This document shows, one piece after another, positions 1-10,740 of a stretch of 20,000 nt of DNA. The notes under the pieces are model-generated. The model saw only the letters and a list, made by a program, of their open reading frames with translations. It did no database searches and was not told where the DNA came from. Each line of letters starts with the position of its first letter. The stretch's first letter is position 1. The stretch comes from Chiloscyllium plagiosum (lineage: Eukaryota): positions 25,111,038 through 25,131,037 of the forward strand of contig NC_057719.1 in NCBI RefSeq assembly GCF_004010195.1. The letters run 5' to 3'. Made by a program: the position numbers and the translations under genes.

Positions 1-30
1 CCATTCCATGCTGAAGACCTTGCCAGAAGT

Positions 31-473
31 AAGTTAAAAATCACACGGCATCAGGTTATAGTTCAACAGGTTTATTTGGAAGCACTAGCTTTCAGAGCGC
101 TGCTCCTTCATCAGGTGGTTGTGTCAACTTGAGCGGGTTCATGATCCGTAATCCTTTTGATCTTTTCCTGCATTTCTGCAGAAACTTGATTGTGTGTCGA
201 TATGTGCAATCTTCTTGGAGATCCTCTCGACTTTAAGCCAGCAGTTAGTGATGTCGGTGGTAGTCATGATTTGGAGATGCTGGTGTTGGACTGGGGTGCA
301 CAAAGTTTTAAAATCACAGGTTATAGTCCAACAGGTTTATTTAGAAGCACTAGCTTTCAGACCGCTGCTCCTTCAAAGCTCGTGCTTCCAAATAAACCAG
401 TTGGACTATTACCTGGTGTTGAGTGATTTTTAACTTTGTACACCCTAGTCCAACACCGGCATCTCAAACATGA
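31..473 (-). mobile_element. Internally deleted Penelope-like element (family A): pLTR - ORF 5' end - pLTR on the minus strand, plus an inverted pLTR arm (376-473); 12-bp TSD
   Basis: CTTGCCAGAAGT direct repeat at 19-30 and 474-485. Segment 31-110 is repeated at ~303-375, and 376-473 is the reverse complement of ~263-356. Minus-strand ATG at 267 reads MTTTDITNCWLKVERISKKIAHIDT, then after a frameshift IKFLQKCRK..KGLRIMNPLK, resembling the PLE N-terminal FL..C....PKG region. HHR motif inside the repeat. Confidence 0.85.
83..117 (-). ncRNA. Minimal type I hammerhead ribozyme motif of a PLE pLTR (core intact, G-U at base of stem II)
   Basis: Minus strand reads CAC-CTGATGA-A-GGAGC-AGC-GCTCT-GAAA-GC-TA-GTG: CUGAUGA and GAAA core, stem II, palindromic AGCU in place of stem III, and CAC/GTG stem I. 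Confidence 0.75.
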
Positions 474-1180
474 CTTGCCAGAAGTGGCAAGCCTGTGAAA
501 TTCGTTTATAAAAACTTGGAAACAGTTACATTTTCCAGTTTCTGTGTTTCTGACTTGTGTTTTTGATGTAAGTCAACTGATAGAGAAAAATATCAGAATT
601 AAGTTGAGACTATGACTAACCTTATTCATCGTAACTTTAATATCTTTAATATGACATTCTAGATAAGGTAGAGGTAGTTATTAGTTTGCACCTAATTTTG
701 ATTTCTGTTTTAAACAGTGGCTTCATTTTGTTAGTAGATACCTGGGTTTTCTGGTTCAAAAATAAAGTAAAACTTACCAATGTCTATTGAAGTCAGAACA
801 CCAAGCAGATCAATAAAATAGACAAGATCTTTGTTTTCCTAATTAGACATTCAAATGAACTGGGTGAAGTGGAAGCAAAAGATAATGTGGTATTTTTATA
901 TTCTTCCTTGGAGAATGCGATGAGCAGGATCTGAAGTTCAGCTTCCCCATGTGTTGGTCTGCTTGCATCATGAAGATTTATTATACTGGGTGTAAATATG
1001 TTGAGGCACCAGAGTGAATTTGGCTGTTTGATAAAATATTGGAGGCAGTTGTTACTGCCGCAGGAGCCTGAGGAAACATTGTTTAATACCAGAAACGTGA
1101 CCATTTATTTTGAGTGCTTGCATTCTCAGTAGTTCACAGCACTGACATGTGATCAGATTGCCCTTTGTAACCTATAGGCA

Positions 1181-1636
1181 TTTTTTTTTGTCATTTATGG
1201 GATGCTTGCTAGCTGGGTCACCATTTATCCTCAATTGTCCTCAAGAAGGTGTGATGAACATGTCTTTGAGCACTAGCAGTTGTGTTATAGTTGTGCTATT
1301 GAGAAGTGAGTTACAGAATTTTGACTCATGACCATGAAGAAACACTGATTTATAGTTGCAAGTCAGGATGTTGTGTGGTTCAGAGGAGAAATTAAAGGTG
1401 GTAATGCTTCCTTGCTTCTACTGCCCTTGTCCTCCAAGGTGATAGAGGTCATGGGTGTAGAAGGTACCTTGGTGAAAGTACCTTGTGTGGATGGCATACA
1501 CTGTTGCCACTGTGCAGTGGTGAAAGGAGTGAATGTTGAAGATAGTGGATAGAATGCCAATCCAGTTGGTTGCTTTGTCTTAGATGGTATTGAGGATTTT
1601 CAGGTGTTGGAGCTGCATTTGACCAGGCAAGTGGAT
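1181..1636 (-). mobile_element. Degraded 3' end of a CR1/L2-group LINE
   Basis: Minus strand starts PLAWSNAAPT..., resembling the ORF2 C-terminal region after the RT core. Its 3' end is similar to 12781-12943, with an A-rich tail. Many frameshifts. Confidence 0.6.
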
Positions 1637-2058
1637 CAATCCTGTCTTGAGAGAGTTTGATATATATTTCAGCAATTCATAATTAGAATGTATGTAGATT
1701 GAAATTAATACCAATTATTTTCTATCCTGTTATACATAGTTAATGAGAAATGTTTTCTTGATAAAGAAGAGGCACAATTGGGTTTTATGACCAAAAAATG
1801 CATGTGGAATAGTTTTAAACATTTTAATTTAAAAAAAAATGTTTGCTTCTCGTGTCAAATTACATTTTTTGCTGGCCATGAAGCTAGATAGTTCATTTTT
1901 AGAGTTTTGCTAATGCAGACCTCAATGACTTGTTTTAGTGTCATTAGTCTGATTAACCTGCCATCCTCTCCTTTCCAAGGTATCTTGGCTAAAAGTGGGC
2001 ATTCTCTGTGTATGGGGATCGATGATTGATTGGTTATTAATTTGAATGTTGAAAACAC

Positions 2059-2480
2059 CTAATTGAGGTGTTTGGGATGATTAAAGGATTTTGATAGGGT
2101 AGAAAGTATTTTTTTAGGCTTCCTTGTTCTATACCTAATGTTAAACTGAGTCAGGCTTTTTCAGGGACGATCTCAAAAATGGGGGTTGACAGTCTAAACT
2201 GTTCCAAACACTCAGAAGGCTAGGTTATTAAGAATTGGTAAATTTCAGAGATTTGACAAAAACCTAAGTATTGAAGAATAGTCTCTGGATTAAAAACATA
2301 TAACTTTGCTTTCTCTCCACAGATGCGCTGAGTGTTCCCAGCAATTTCTGTTTTTCTTTGAGATTTGTTAGGTAAGGGTAATAAACATTTATAAACATGG
2401 AGTTAAGGTGCAGATTAGTCATGGCCTAACTGGATAATGGAACAGATTCAAAGGACTGAATGTTCTACTGCTGCCCAGTT
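2059..2480 (+). mobile_element. Very old CR1-type LINE 3' end, interrupted by a PLE remnant
   Basis: CTAATTGAGGTGTTTGGGATGATTAAAGGATTT (LIEVFGMIKGF, CR1 'DLIEV.K..KG' motif) at the start. CR1-like 3' UTR (GATTAGTCATGG...AAAGGACTGAATG.TCTACT) at 2412-2470. Confidence 0.5.
2268..2359 (+). mobile_element. Degraded PLE pLTR remnant with decayed HHR
   Basis: TTGAAGA-ATAGTC-TCTG-GATTA-AAAA-CATA followed by TTTCTCTCCACAGATGC...CCAGCAATTTCTGTTTTT, similar to 18853-18950. GAGATTTG direct repeat at 2248-2255 and 2360-2367. Confidence 0.45.
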
Positions 2481-2905
2481 ATCTTCATGGTGTAACTCCA
2501 ATGTAATGGATTAGTCTGGTGCTGCAATTGTTTTTCATAAATCGGGGTCACTATAGGAGCACAATACTTGGCTTGAGCACCCTGACATAGGAGAGAATAT
2601 TTGGGTGAGCCTCTGGTTCTGTCCCAGTGAGTTGCTGCTAGATAACACTGTTGTGGAAACCTTGGTGGAGGTGAGGATCAGCCTTTGCTTCAATGCACCC
2701 TGTATAATACCAACCCTGAATTGGGCTTGACTTTCCTTTGAAGAATGGGTAACACGTTAAAGGATTGCTCATAATTCTCAAGCTATAATGTCTCAAGAAT
2801 CAATGCCTTTGGAGAAAAGGAGAAGAACATTTTTCTTTTGTGTTTCTTAAATAGCTTTATGGTCACTGTTATGCTTTATGGCATTAAGGAGAGACTGTAG
2901 AGTGA

Positions 2906-3926
2906 TAGTGAGATTTGAGAAGATTTGTAAGTCAGGTCGAGGTTCTGGATGTAGGTTTGTTCACTGAGCTGGAAGGTTCATTTTTCAGATGTTTTGTCAC
3001 TGTACTAGGTAACATCTTCAACGAGCTTCCAGACGAAGCACTACTGGTGTTTCCTGCTTTCTATTTATATGGTTGGGTTTCCATGGGCTGGTGATATCAT
3101 TTCCTGTGGTGACATCATTTCCTGTTCTTTTTCTTAGGGGGTGGTAGATGGGATCCAAGTCAATGTGTTTGTTGAAAGAGTTCTGGTAGGAATACCATGC
3201 TTCTAGAAATTCTTGTGTGTGTCTCTGTTTGACTTGTCCTAGGATGGCTGTGTTGTCCCAGTTGAAGTGGTGTCCTTCCTTATCTGTATGTAAGGATACT
3301 AACCACTCTCCCCTACATCAAATACAATTTGAAATTGATTGCTAGACTATTCAGACCTCTTGGCATCATGGTAGCCCACAAACCCACCAACACACTAAAA
3401 CAGCAGCTAATGAACTTGAAAGGCCCTGTACAGACAACAAGCAAAACTAATGTCATTTACAAAATACCATGCAAGAACTGTAACAAACACTACATTGGAC
3501 AAACAAGCAGAAAACTAGCCACCAGGATGCATGAACATCAACTAGCCACAAAACAACATGACCCTCTCTCACGAGTATCCTTACATACAGATAAGGAAGG
3601 ACACCACTTCGACTGGTACAACATATCCATCCTAGGACAAGCCAAACGGACACACGCACGAGAATTCCTAGAAGCATGATATTCCAACTGGAACTCTATC
3701 AACAAACACATTGACTTGATCCCATTTACCACCCCTGAAAAAAGAACAGGAAATGATATCACCATAGGAAATGACATCACCAACCCAAGGAATCCCAAAC
3801 CTATAAATAGAAAGTAGGAAACACCAGCAGTGCTTCGTCTGGAGGCTCGCTGAAGATGTTACCTCGTATGGTGACAAAACATCTGAAAATGAACTTTCCA
3901 GCTCAGTGAGCAAACCTACATCTAGA
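2906..3926. mobile_element. Fold-back Penelope-like element (family C) with ~355-bp inverted arms (2942-3300 and 3574-3928) and a 12-bp TSD
   Basis: ACTGTAGAGTGA direct repeat at 2894-2905 and 3927-3938. Arms align as reverse complements (e.g. TAAGGATACT 3291-3300 and AGTATCCTTA 3574-3583). GIY-YIG coding sequence and a decayed HHR (CTGAAGA 3850-3856 ... AAAA 3876-3879) on the + arm. Confidence 0.92.
3302..3770 (+). pseudogene. PLE GIY-YIG endonuclease domain fragment (5'-truncated, no RT; premature stop at 3677-3679)
   Basis: ORF 3329-3679 contains NVIYKIPCKNCNKHYIGQTSRKLATRMHEH and H....HHFDW...REFLEA. It is preceded by TTLPYIK, and PLE-like residues (YSNWNSINKHIDL) continue past the TGA, which is probably a mutated TGG. 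Confidence 0.9.
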
Positions 3927-4175
3927 ACTGTAGAGTGAGCAATTATTTTAGTAAACAGGCATCCGTAACCAAGTGGCAGATGTTGGATGTCGTGACTTTT
4001 CTGAACTGTAATTTATTTATTTTAGTGTACAAGAGACTTATATTTTCTGTAATAACTGTTACAATTATTTTATAGGTGGCTGTACAGATTTAAAAGTGGA
4101 TGTGTAATGGGGATCTTCAAGTTGGCACTCACTCACACATACATACAGTATGAATATTTGAATATCTTTTGACTG

Positions 4176-4302
4176 TTTTCAGGAAGGAGTTGGATGTAAT
4201 TCTTAGGGTGTGGGGTGGAAGTGGTTGACATTCAGAACTGATCATATATTGATGACCAAGGGACTCAGTGTGCTACTCTTGCTCCTATTTTTAATGTTTC
4301 TA
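4176..4302 (+). mobile_element. Short old CR1-type 3' end
   Basis: TTCAGGAAGGAGTTGGAT (FRKELD, the CR1 terminal FK..LD motif) and a tail CTACTCTTGCTCCTATTTTTAATGTTTCTA. Confidence 0.5.
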
Positions 4303-5602
4303 CGTTGCTTGTTTAACTTGAAGCCATTGAGCCCTGGCATAAGTCCATTTTCAGTTCTGTCACTGTGTCCATCTAGATTAAAATTTTATCAAGTATTCCT
4401 CTTAATATAGGCTATGTTTATCATCTTCATCATTTCTAGTGTTCTTTTGTGGTTGCATAAATAAGGCGGTGTCTCATTCCTTTTTTTCCTGAAGGCACAG
4501 ACTGTTCTTAAGGTATTTGCCAAGATCTGGTACTTGGCTTCAAATGTAAGCCAAGATACCGGGTCCTAAGATTTAGCAGCAATGTTGACAAACTAGCTTG
4601 ATTGAGCGTAGTTAGCTTGATGCAGGCTGGAGATCCTATTTTGGCATATTATCGAGTGAGTGTGGGAGAGCTTGGTGAAGATCTCTATGACACTCTGCCA
4701 ACTAATCTGTCACATTTCAATTAGCTGTCCACACACAGTATGTAAGGTAGAATCTTACAGATTACTGATGATCCTGTGTATGGTTGAATTGACACATACG
4801 TCTTAATGTTGGAATAACTGCTGTTGTTGTGTAAACACTCAATGCTGTAAGTTGCTGTAATTTGTGCCTAAGGGTTGTTTCCTTCACATTTTAACAGCAT
4901 TATATAATGTATACAGTTAAAAAGAATTCATCTCCTGCAGAAGAATGAGACTTGGAATTCTTCATTATATGTTTTCGAGAGATATACTTTTGGTCCTCCA
5001 AGCCTCTTCAAGTTAGACTGCCTCAATGACTGATTATGTCTGGGTACCATAATCTCCTTTTGAGACTGAAATCACCAGCATTGCTGCAATTCCTTTTAAA
5101 GTGTATAATTACTGGCAAAATTTCAACTTTTATCAAACTGCTATCTTCATTAAACTGTTCCTGAATCTCTCTGAGCTCCAATGTTTCTCAGCTGGATCAA
5201 GCAATTAGTACTTGTGGACGTTTTTCACCCTGCTTGGTGTGCATTGATCTATCAATGGCTCCTCGGGATTTTCTTCTACCATTTTTCCACGCCATGAACC
5301 ACCACTTCCCAGCCGTTTGCAGTCCACTAACCAACAACACTCCTTCTGCTTTAGCATTCTCCTAACCACAAGCTAATTTCTCTCTTCCTTCAGTAAGAGA
5401 ACTGAGATATTGAAACTAGAGAATATGCTTAGACACCCATCTCCATAATGCATAACTTGCTCTGATCTATCCTTGATCTGTCTTTTAGGGTAAGTAAATC
5501 ATATTTTACAATTTCTGCTTGGCTGAAGTCAATGGGTTTTACATCTTTGAGTTAACTAAGTGTTTTAGTATTTAGCTGTAACTCCCAAAACAATCACTAT
5601 TT

Positions 5603-5942
5603 CATAAGATCCCTACAGTGTGGAGACAGGTCATTTAGCTCAGCAAGTCCACATCGACCCTCTGAAGAGCATTCCACCCAGACCTGTCCCCCTACCCTGT
5701 ACTTCCAATGGCTAACGCACCTAACCTATACAACCCTGGAGAGTATGAGCAATTTTTAGCTTGGCCAATCCCCCCAAGTTGCACATCTTTGGATTGTGGG
5801 AGGAAACCGGAGCACCTGGAGGAAACCCATGCAGATACGGGAGAATGTGCAAACTCAATACAGACAGTCACTCGAGGGTGGAATTGAACTCGGTTCCCTG
5901 GCCCTGTGAGGCAGCAGTGCTAACTACTGAGCCACTGTGCTG
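5603..5942 (-). mobile_element. Full-length tRNA-derived HE1-type (V-SINE) element
   Basis: Minus-strand A box TGGCTCAGTAGT (5923-5934) and B box GAGTTCAATTCC (5880-5891). V-domain motif GGGTTTCCTCCAGGTGCTCCGGTTTCCTCCCACAATCCAAAGATGTGC. Tail CCACACTGTAGGGATC. Homologous to the copy starting at 17613. Confidence 0.9.
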
Positions 5943-6294
5943 TGGCCTGTCAAGACCACAGGCAGTAGAGACAGCATGCCTCCACTCTGCAAGCTCTCCT
6001 GACTTTACCTTTTTAGCTATTGACCTTGCAAAGTAACATGACCCTAAATATTTAAGACCCTCATGTGCATGAATTGCATTTATTCCATTTTCCGCAGTCA
6101 AACTTTAGCACCTAAAAATTACATAAGAGAGAACGTGAACCCGACATTGTGTCCTATTTCATCTGTCTTGATTAAATAGCCCTGATAGCTATCTAAATCT
6201 AATTGGAGTGGACCAAGCTCTTTTTTTTTTCCCCTCAAATCCTACCTGAGATACTAAGATATTTAAACTTGAAGTTATTGTTCTTTTCTGACCT

Positions 6295-6375
6295 AGTTCC
6301 TCACACACCAAGTGGACCAATAATGTACATTGTAATCTAAATCTGGTCTAACCAAGGTCTTGTCTTGTACAAAGA
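6295..6375 (-). mobile_element. Old CR1 LINE ORF2 fragment
   Basis: ORF track gives KTLVRPDLDYNVHYWS, matching the CR1 motif YKxLVRPHLEYCVQFWSP. True extent unclear. Confidence 0.6.
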
Positions 6376-6949
6376 CAAACCAATGTGTTTTATTGTAGGT
6401 TGAATACACTTGTCTGTACAAACCAATTTGCTTTAGGTTTTGTTTACTTTGAATCTTAAGCTTTTTTCTGTTGACAATTTGCAATTCAGTTTGATGTAAA
6501 GAAGAATTATTGGTCTTGCCTGTGTACATAACCAAGATAAATGGTGTTATGTGCCACTTACTAGACCTTAGACCATCCTCCCAATTAATTTTAATCTGCT
6601 AACATAAATTTGTTCTTCACCCTGCAGCTTTGTTTGTATTGGATTCATGCCAAATTTTAATTCAGCTACGTTCACTATGTACAGTAGTGAAATGATCTAC
6701 TTTGCATAGCGTGCAGTACGGTGGTGCTCAACATTGAGATCTGAAATGAAAATCATGTGGTGTAGGCAGGATGCAAGTAGCTCTGCTGTCTGTGTATTGA
6801 CAGAGGGCTTGTACTTGGGTTAATGCACAGGGAACCTCCAGTTTGCTTTCCTTTCTTTAACTTACCACAATCAATTCAGGAATCCAACTGTGAACGACAT
6901 GTATAATAAATACTCTTATGGTGCATTATAATTTGCACCATTCCATTCA

Positions 6950-7235
6950 CTCTTGTCCCCTATGCTCACTGACCATGTCTGGCACTAATGCAGCAACATC
7001 TTGATTTTAACAATCTCATCCTCTTCTCTCCCTATCATTGCAACCTCCTTTAGCTTTATGCTCTTGCAGAATTCTGTATTTGTATATGCAGCTTTCATTT
7101 CCTTTACCTTGCTGTTTGTGGCTGTGCCTTCAACCATTGGGGCCCTTAGCTCTGAAATTTCCCTTGTCAACCTTCTTGTCTCTCATGCCTTTTTTTCTTA
7201 GCTTTAACAGAAACCCCTCTGAAAACAAAGGGCAT
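6950..7235 (+). mobile_element. Degraded L2-like LINE 3' region
   Basis: ATGCTCACTGAC...TGG...CAACATCTTGATTTTAA.AATCTCATCCT and GGCTGTGCCTTCA...GGCCCTTAGCTCTGAAATTTCCCT resemble the L2 'L..LHWLP...R..FK' and 'RAFS..GP.LWNSLP' motifs. Confidence 0.5.
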
Positions 7236-7285
7236 TTGTTCAACTGTCTTAATATTTCCTATGTCTAGGTGTGAAATTTGGACTG

Positions 7286-7520
7286 AAGTAAAAGTGAAAA
7301 GTGAAGCCACCATAGTCTTAGCAGATCATACAGCTGCTCTCTTTTAGAGAGAGAGAGAGAGACAACTGGCAGAGGTTTACTCGGAGGGTCACCACACCAG
7401 GCAAGGTAAAGAGGTTCAGAAGGAGAATCCTTCATGGTAACCTCCGTCGGTGTGGGAATTGAACCTGAACTGTTGGTGTCACTGAGCATTACGAACCAGC
7501 CATCCAATCAATTGATCTAG
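7286..7520 (-). mobile_element. tRNA-derived SINE (family not named)
   Basis: Minus-strand B box GGTTCAATTCCC (7454-7465) and a degenerate A box near 7510-7520. Internal (AG)n at 7346-7362 and an (AAAAGT)-like tandem tail at 7286-7306. Confidence 0.65.
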
Positions 7521-8120
7521 CATACATCTAAAATTCACAGCTTGTAACGGCTGGGAATAATGCTTTCTTTGAAACGTGTTGCAAAGTTACCTTTATTCCT
7601 CAGCGCTAGGATTTAGCAGCTCCCAAAATGCTGGCTTACAGTATTCCTGTGGGAAATCAAGAGCAGGTGTAGTATCTTTTCACTCTATTCTGCTCTTTGA
7701 ATGTCTGCAAGTCGAGCAACATAAGCCTTACCTGCAGGTTGTCTGTTCTCCTTCTCAGTTTGGGAATGAAGGGTAGAGGATAGAATGGAATTGAGGACAA
7801 GTTAACATTCATTTGATTCATCTAAAATTAACATAATAATCTCTAAGTGACATCATGATCACAAACTAGGCGTATCCTCCGAGTGGTCTGTGAACTAAGG
7901 TTTTCTTGTATACGCTCCTATTAACTTGTTGTATGTTTTGATTACTAAAAAAATGACCAGCAGTGCAGCTTTGTTTTAAAACAAGATCAAAAGTTGGTTT
8001 AATATGTAGCTATTGCTGTAAGTTAATTGAGTAAAAAGTAAAGTTATTAGCTAAAACACATACAAAGACTTGAAATAAGTAAGAATAAAAGTTACACATC
8101 AAGAGGAATATTAGATCAGT

Positions 8121-8715
8121 TTGTAAGTTTGCTCTCTGAGCTGGAAGGTTTGTTTTCAGACATTTTGTCACCATGCTAGGTAACATAGTCACTGAGCCTC
8201 CAGTGAAATGTTGGTGTTCTGTCCTGCTTTCTGTTGATGTCTTGGTCAATTAAGGTGGGTGATATAATTTCTGGTTCTTTTTTGCAGAGGATGGTAAATG
8301 GGTCCATCTTGATGTGTTTATTGATGGAGTTCCAGTTTGAATGCCAGGCCTGTAGGAATTCCTGTGCATGTCTCTGTTTAGCCTGTCCTAGAATGGATTT
8401 GTTGTCTTAGTCAAAGTGGTGTCTTTCTTTGTCTGTATGTAGGGATATTAGTGAAAATGGGTCATGTATTTTGGTGGCTCGTTGGTGTTTGTGTATCCTG
8501 GTGGCTAGTTTTCTGCCTGTCTGTACGATTTGTAGTATTTGTTGCAGTCCTTGCAAGGCATTTTGTAAATGTCATTCCTTTTGCTGGTTATTGGTATAGG
8601 GTCTTTTTTGGGTTCATCAGTTGCTGTTTCAGTGTGTTGGTAGGTTTGTGGGTGACCATGATGCCAAGGGATCAGAGTAGTCTGGTAGTTATCTCCAAGA
8701 TATCTCTGATGTATC
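8121..8715 (-). mobile_element. PLE family C copy (GIY-YIG region plus pLTR), single orientation, frameshifted
   Basis: Reverse-complement homologous to 3314-3920. ORF track shows DPIPITSKRNDIYKMPCKDCNKYY. Decayed HHR at ~8160-8195. No TSD found. Confidence 0.9.
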
Positions 8716-8859
8716 AACTGCTGACACAGAATTCTAAGATTTTTTTTCTCTTTCTCCTCCCCAAAGGCAGATGAGATGTGTCAAATACTAGAAAGTTAGG
8801 AATAAACAAATGGAACTTTCTTACCAAAAGGCTTAAAAAAATTACCAGACACTGAGTAG

Positions 8860-9125
8860 AAAAGAAACAGAAAGAGAACTGGTTTAGTCTGTTTAACCAT
8901 TCAAGAGATCATGTCTGATCTGTGACTAGACTCCATACACCTGTATTTCCCCAATCCTATTAACACCTTTGATTTAGCAAATATGTAACTGTGGCTTTTT
9001 AAAAATTAACCATTCATCAACTTGCCATTTACAGGTGAGACTTGCAGACGGCCATGTCTCTTTTTTTGTGAAGGGAAATGTTTTTTTTTTCATTTCTGTT
9101 TCAGTTCCAATTCTTAGACTTTCTG

Positions 9126-9172
<47 letters not shown>

Positions 9173-9480
9173 TTCTGACTCCCCCACACCACCACTGTAG
9201 ACCAAAACTCTTCAATTCTCAAAAGTACTTTTTGTCCTATTTAATCTGATACCTGTGATCACCTACATTTTAATCAAATCTCCATTTGCCCTTCTAAATT
9301 CCAGGAACTACAGCCATAATTTGTATTAGTGTAGTCCCTCCTTATAGTTTAATCCTTGAATTCCGATACCATTCGAAAAACCTTTGCTGAGTGACATCCA
9401 AATGTGTTACATCCTTCCCAAGATCCTGCCCAGCAATGGTCAAAGCAATAGATATGATCTGAACAATGGTCTGTAACAGT
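8860..9480 (-). mobile_element. Fragmented old CR1-type LINE 3' part
   Basis: CCATTCAAGAGATCATGTCTGATCTG (CR1 3' UTR, antisense) and CTTCTAAATTCCAGGAACTACAGCC (antisense of an L.L.SLE.RR-like motif). Boundaries approximate. Confidence 0.45.
9122..9177. repeat. (TG)n(TC)n microsatellite
   Basis: Directly visible dinucleotide runs. Confidence 0.95.
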
Positions 9481-9992
9481 GACATATTACAACTATTTTC
9501 TGATCATCTATTCCTGTGGATGTCAAGACCAGCATTTTATCACCTTTTTAAAAAATATTTTCTGCAACAATATGATATATTTTGCGAATAAGAAAGAATT
9601 GAAGAGTCAAAAAAGCAGGAAGGTGCTATTAATCTGAGGGAAAAAAATAGTATTTTATGTCAAAGGACCTTCTTTCCACTTCTAAGTAATAATTCTTCTG
9701 TTCTTCCTCGATGGTTGTGGCCTATCATGACATCTAGTTCTAAAAGTGTCAGTAGTCGTGTGATTATACGTACTGTTCATTAGACACTGAATGTTGGTGT
9801 ACTGTTTAGCAAGAGATGCTGGAGTAGTCTGGCCTGTTCTCGGTCTCCTATAATGCTGGTGTGTTTGAGTAGATCAAGATTGTGGGGCTATGCTGTTTGA
9901 GTTTTGTCCCTCAAAAAAAACGGACAGTTGTCTCCTTCTGGTTGAACTGAACCAACTTGCATTTGGCTGGTGATAGAGGCTGGGGACATAAT

Positions 9993-10196
9993 AGTCAAGA
10001 GTGTGGTGCTGGAAAGGCACAGCAGGTCAGGCATAATCCAACGAGCAGGATAATCAACGTTTCGGGCATAAACCTGTCAGGCTTATGCCCGAAACTTCTA
10101 TATTCTCCTGCTCCCCGGATGATGCCTGACCTGCTGTACTTTTCCAGCACCACACTCTCTACTCTGAGCTCCAGCATCTGCAGTCCTCACTTTCTC
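9993..10196. mobile_element. Short fold-back PLE pLTR (family B): arms ~9993-10074 and 10080-10163, 5-nt loop, 13-bp TSD
   Basis: CTGGGGACATAAT at 9980-9992 and 10197-10209. TTTCGGGCATAAACC-TGTCA-GGCTTATGCCCGAAA at the apex. Right arm homologous to 18506-18622. Confidence 0.9.
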
Positions 10197-10532
10197 CTGG
10201 GGACATAATCGTCTGGGTAAATCAATGCTTCTGTCCAAGTGAAAATATGACATGTAACTTTCTCTTTCAAGATTTGGATATTGACTGAAGGATGAGAGAG
10301 AAATCTCTGTCTGAAACTTTCAATGGGTGTTTAAAGGAAAAGCTGCATTCTTCTTGGTTTTTAGAATGAAGAAGGGTAAATGGAGAATGTAACTCCATAT
10401 CTATCTTTAGAGTTTGAACTGTGCAAAACAAAAAGGGTTGAAGCTGTGGATGAAGCACATGGTAGCACCATGACTAAGAAGAATAGCTTGATGTCAGTAA
10501 TGTACCATCTTCAAAGATGTTAAGCTATTTCC

Positions 10533-10740
10533 AAAAAAAAGCAGAAATAACCCATTTAGCTCCTTGAACCTACTCAACTATTCAATTAAATTGATGATTG
10601 ATCTGTTTGTGTTTTCAATTCCATGTTGTCATCTACCCCAATAATCTTTTGATTTCTTGCCTAACTAATCTAACGGCTTCCACCCAATAAAAATATTCAA
10701 TGATCCCTGCTTCTACTGATTTCTGAGTTACGGAACCAAT
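10533..10740 (-). mobile_element. Old CR1-type 3' end
   Basis: CCATTTAGCTCCTTGAACCTACTCAACTATTCAAT...TGATCTG resembles an antisense CR1 3' UTR. Minus-strand peptide QKSVEAGIIEYF resembles the 'VVEA.++..FK' motif. Confidence 0.45.

Noticed and set aside
190..433. Two overlapping + strand ORFs
   Set aside because: Antisense and inverted pLTR sequence of the PLE; the element's real frame is on the minus strand from 267.
2560..2830. Possible ancient interspersed repeat
   Set aside because: Only a vague resemblance, with no second copy in the window or diagnostic motif.
3329..3679. Functional stand-alone or domesticated GIY-YIG nuclease gene
   Set aside because: Non-ATG start, premature stop, no RT and located inside a TSD-flanked insertion; best read as a dead fragment.
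4165..4201. Possible second microexon after TTTTGACTGTTTTCAG
   Set aside because: Weak donor (GAT|GTAATT), no ITPK1 similarity, and the sequence is explained as a CR1 3' end.
5870..5942. tRNA gene
   Set aside because: The A and B boxes belong to a SINE head continuous with the V-domain; the same applies to 7450-7520 and 17613-17680.
8974..9222. ORFs with ER/RD repeats (also 12181-12400)
   Set aside because: Translations of microsatellites.
9993..10196. MITE, DNA transposon or pre-miRNA
   Set aside because: The arms are unequal, match PLE pLTR sequence at 18506-18622, and TSD lengths vary between copies.
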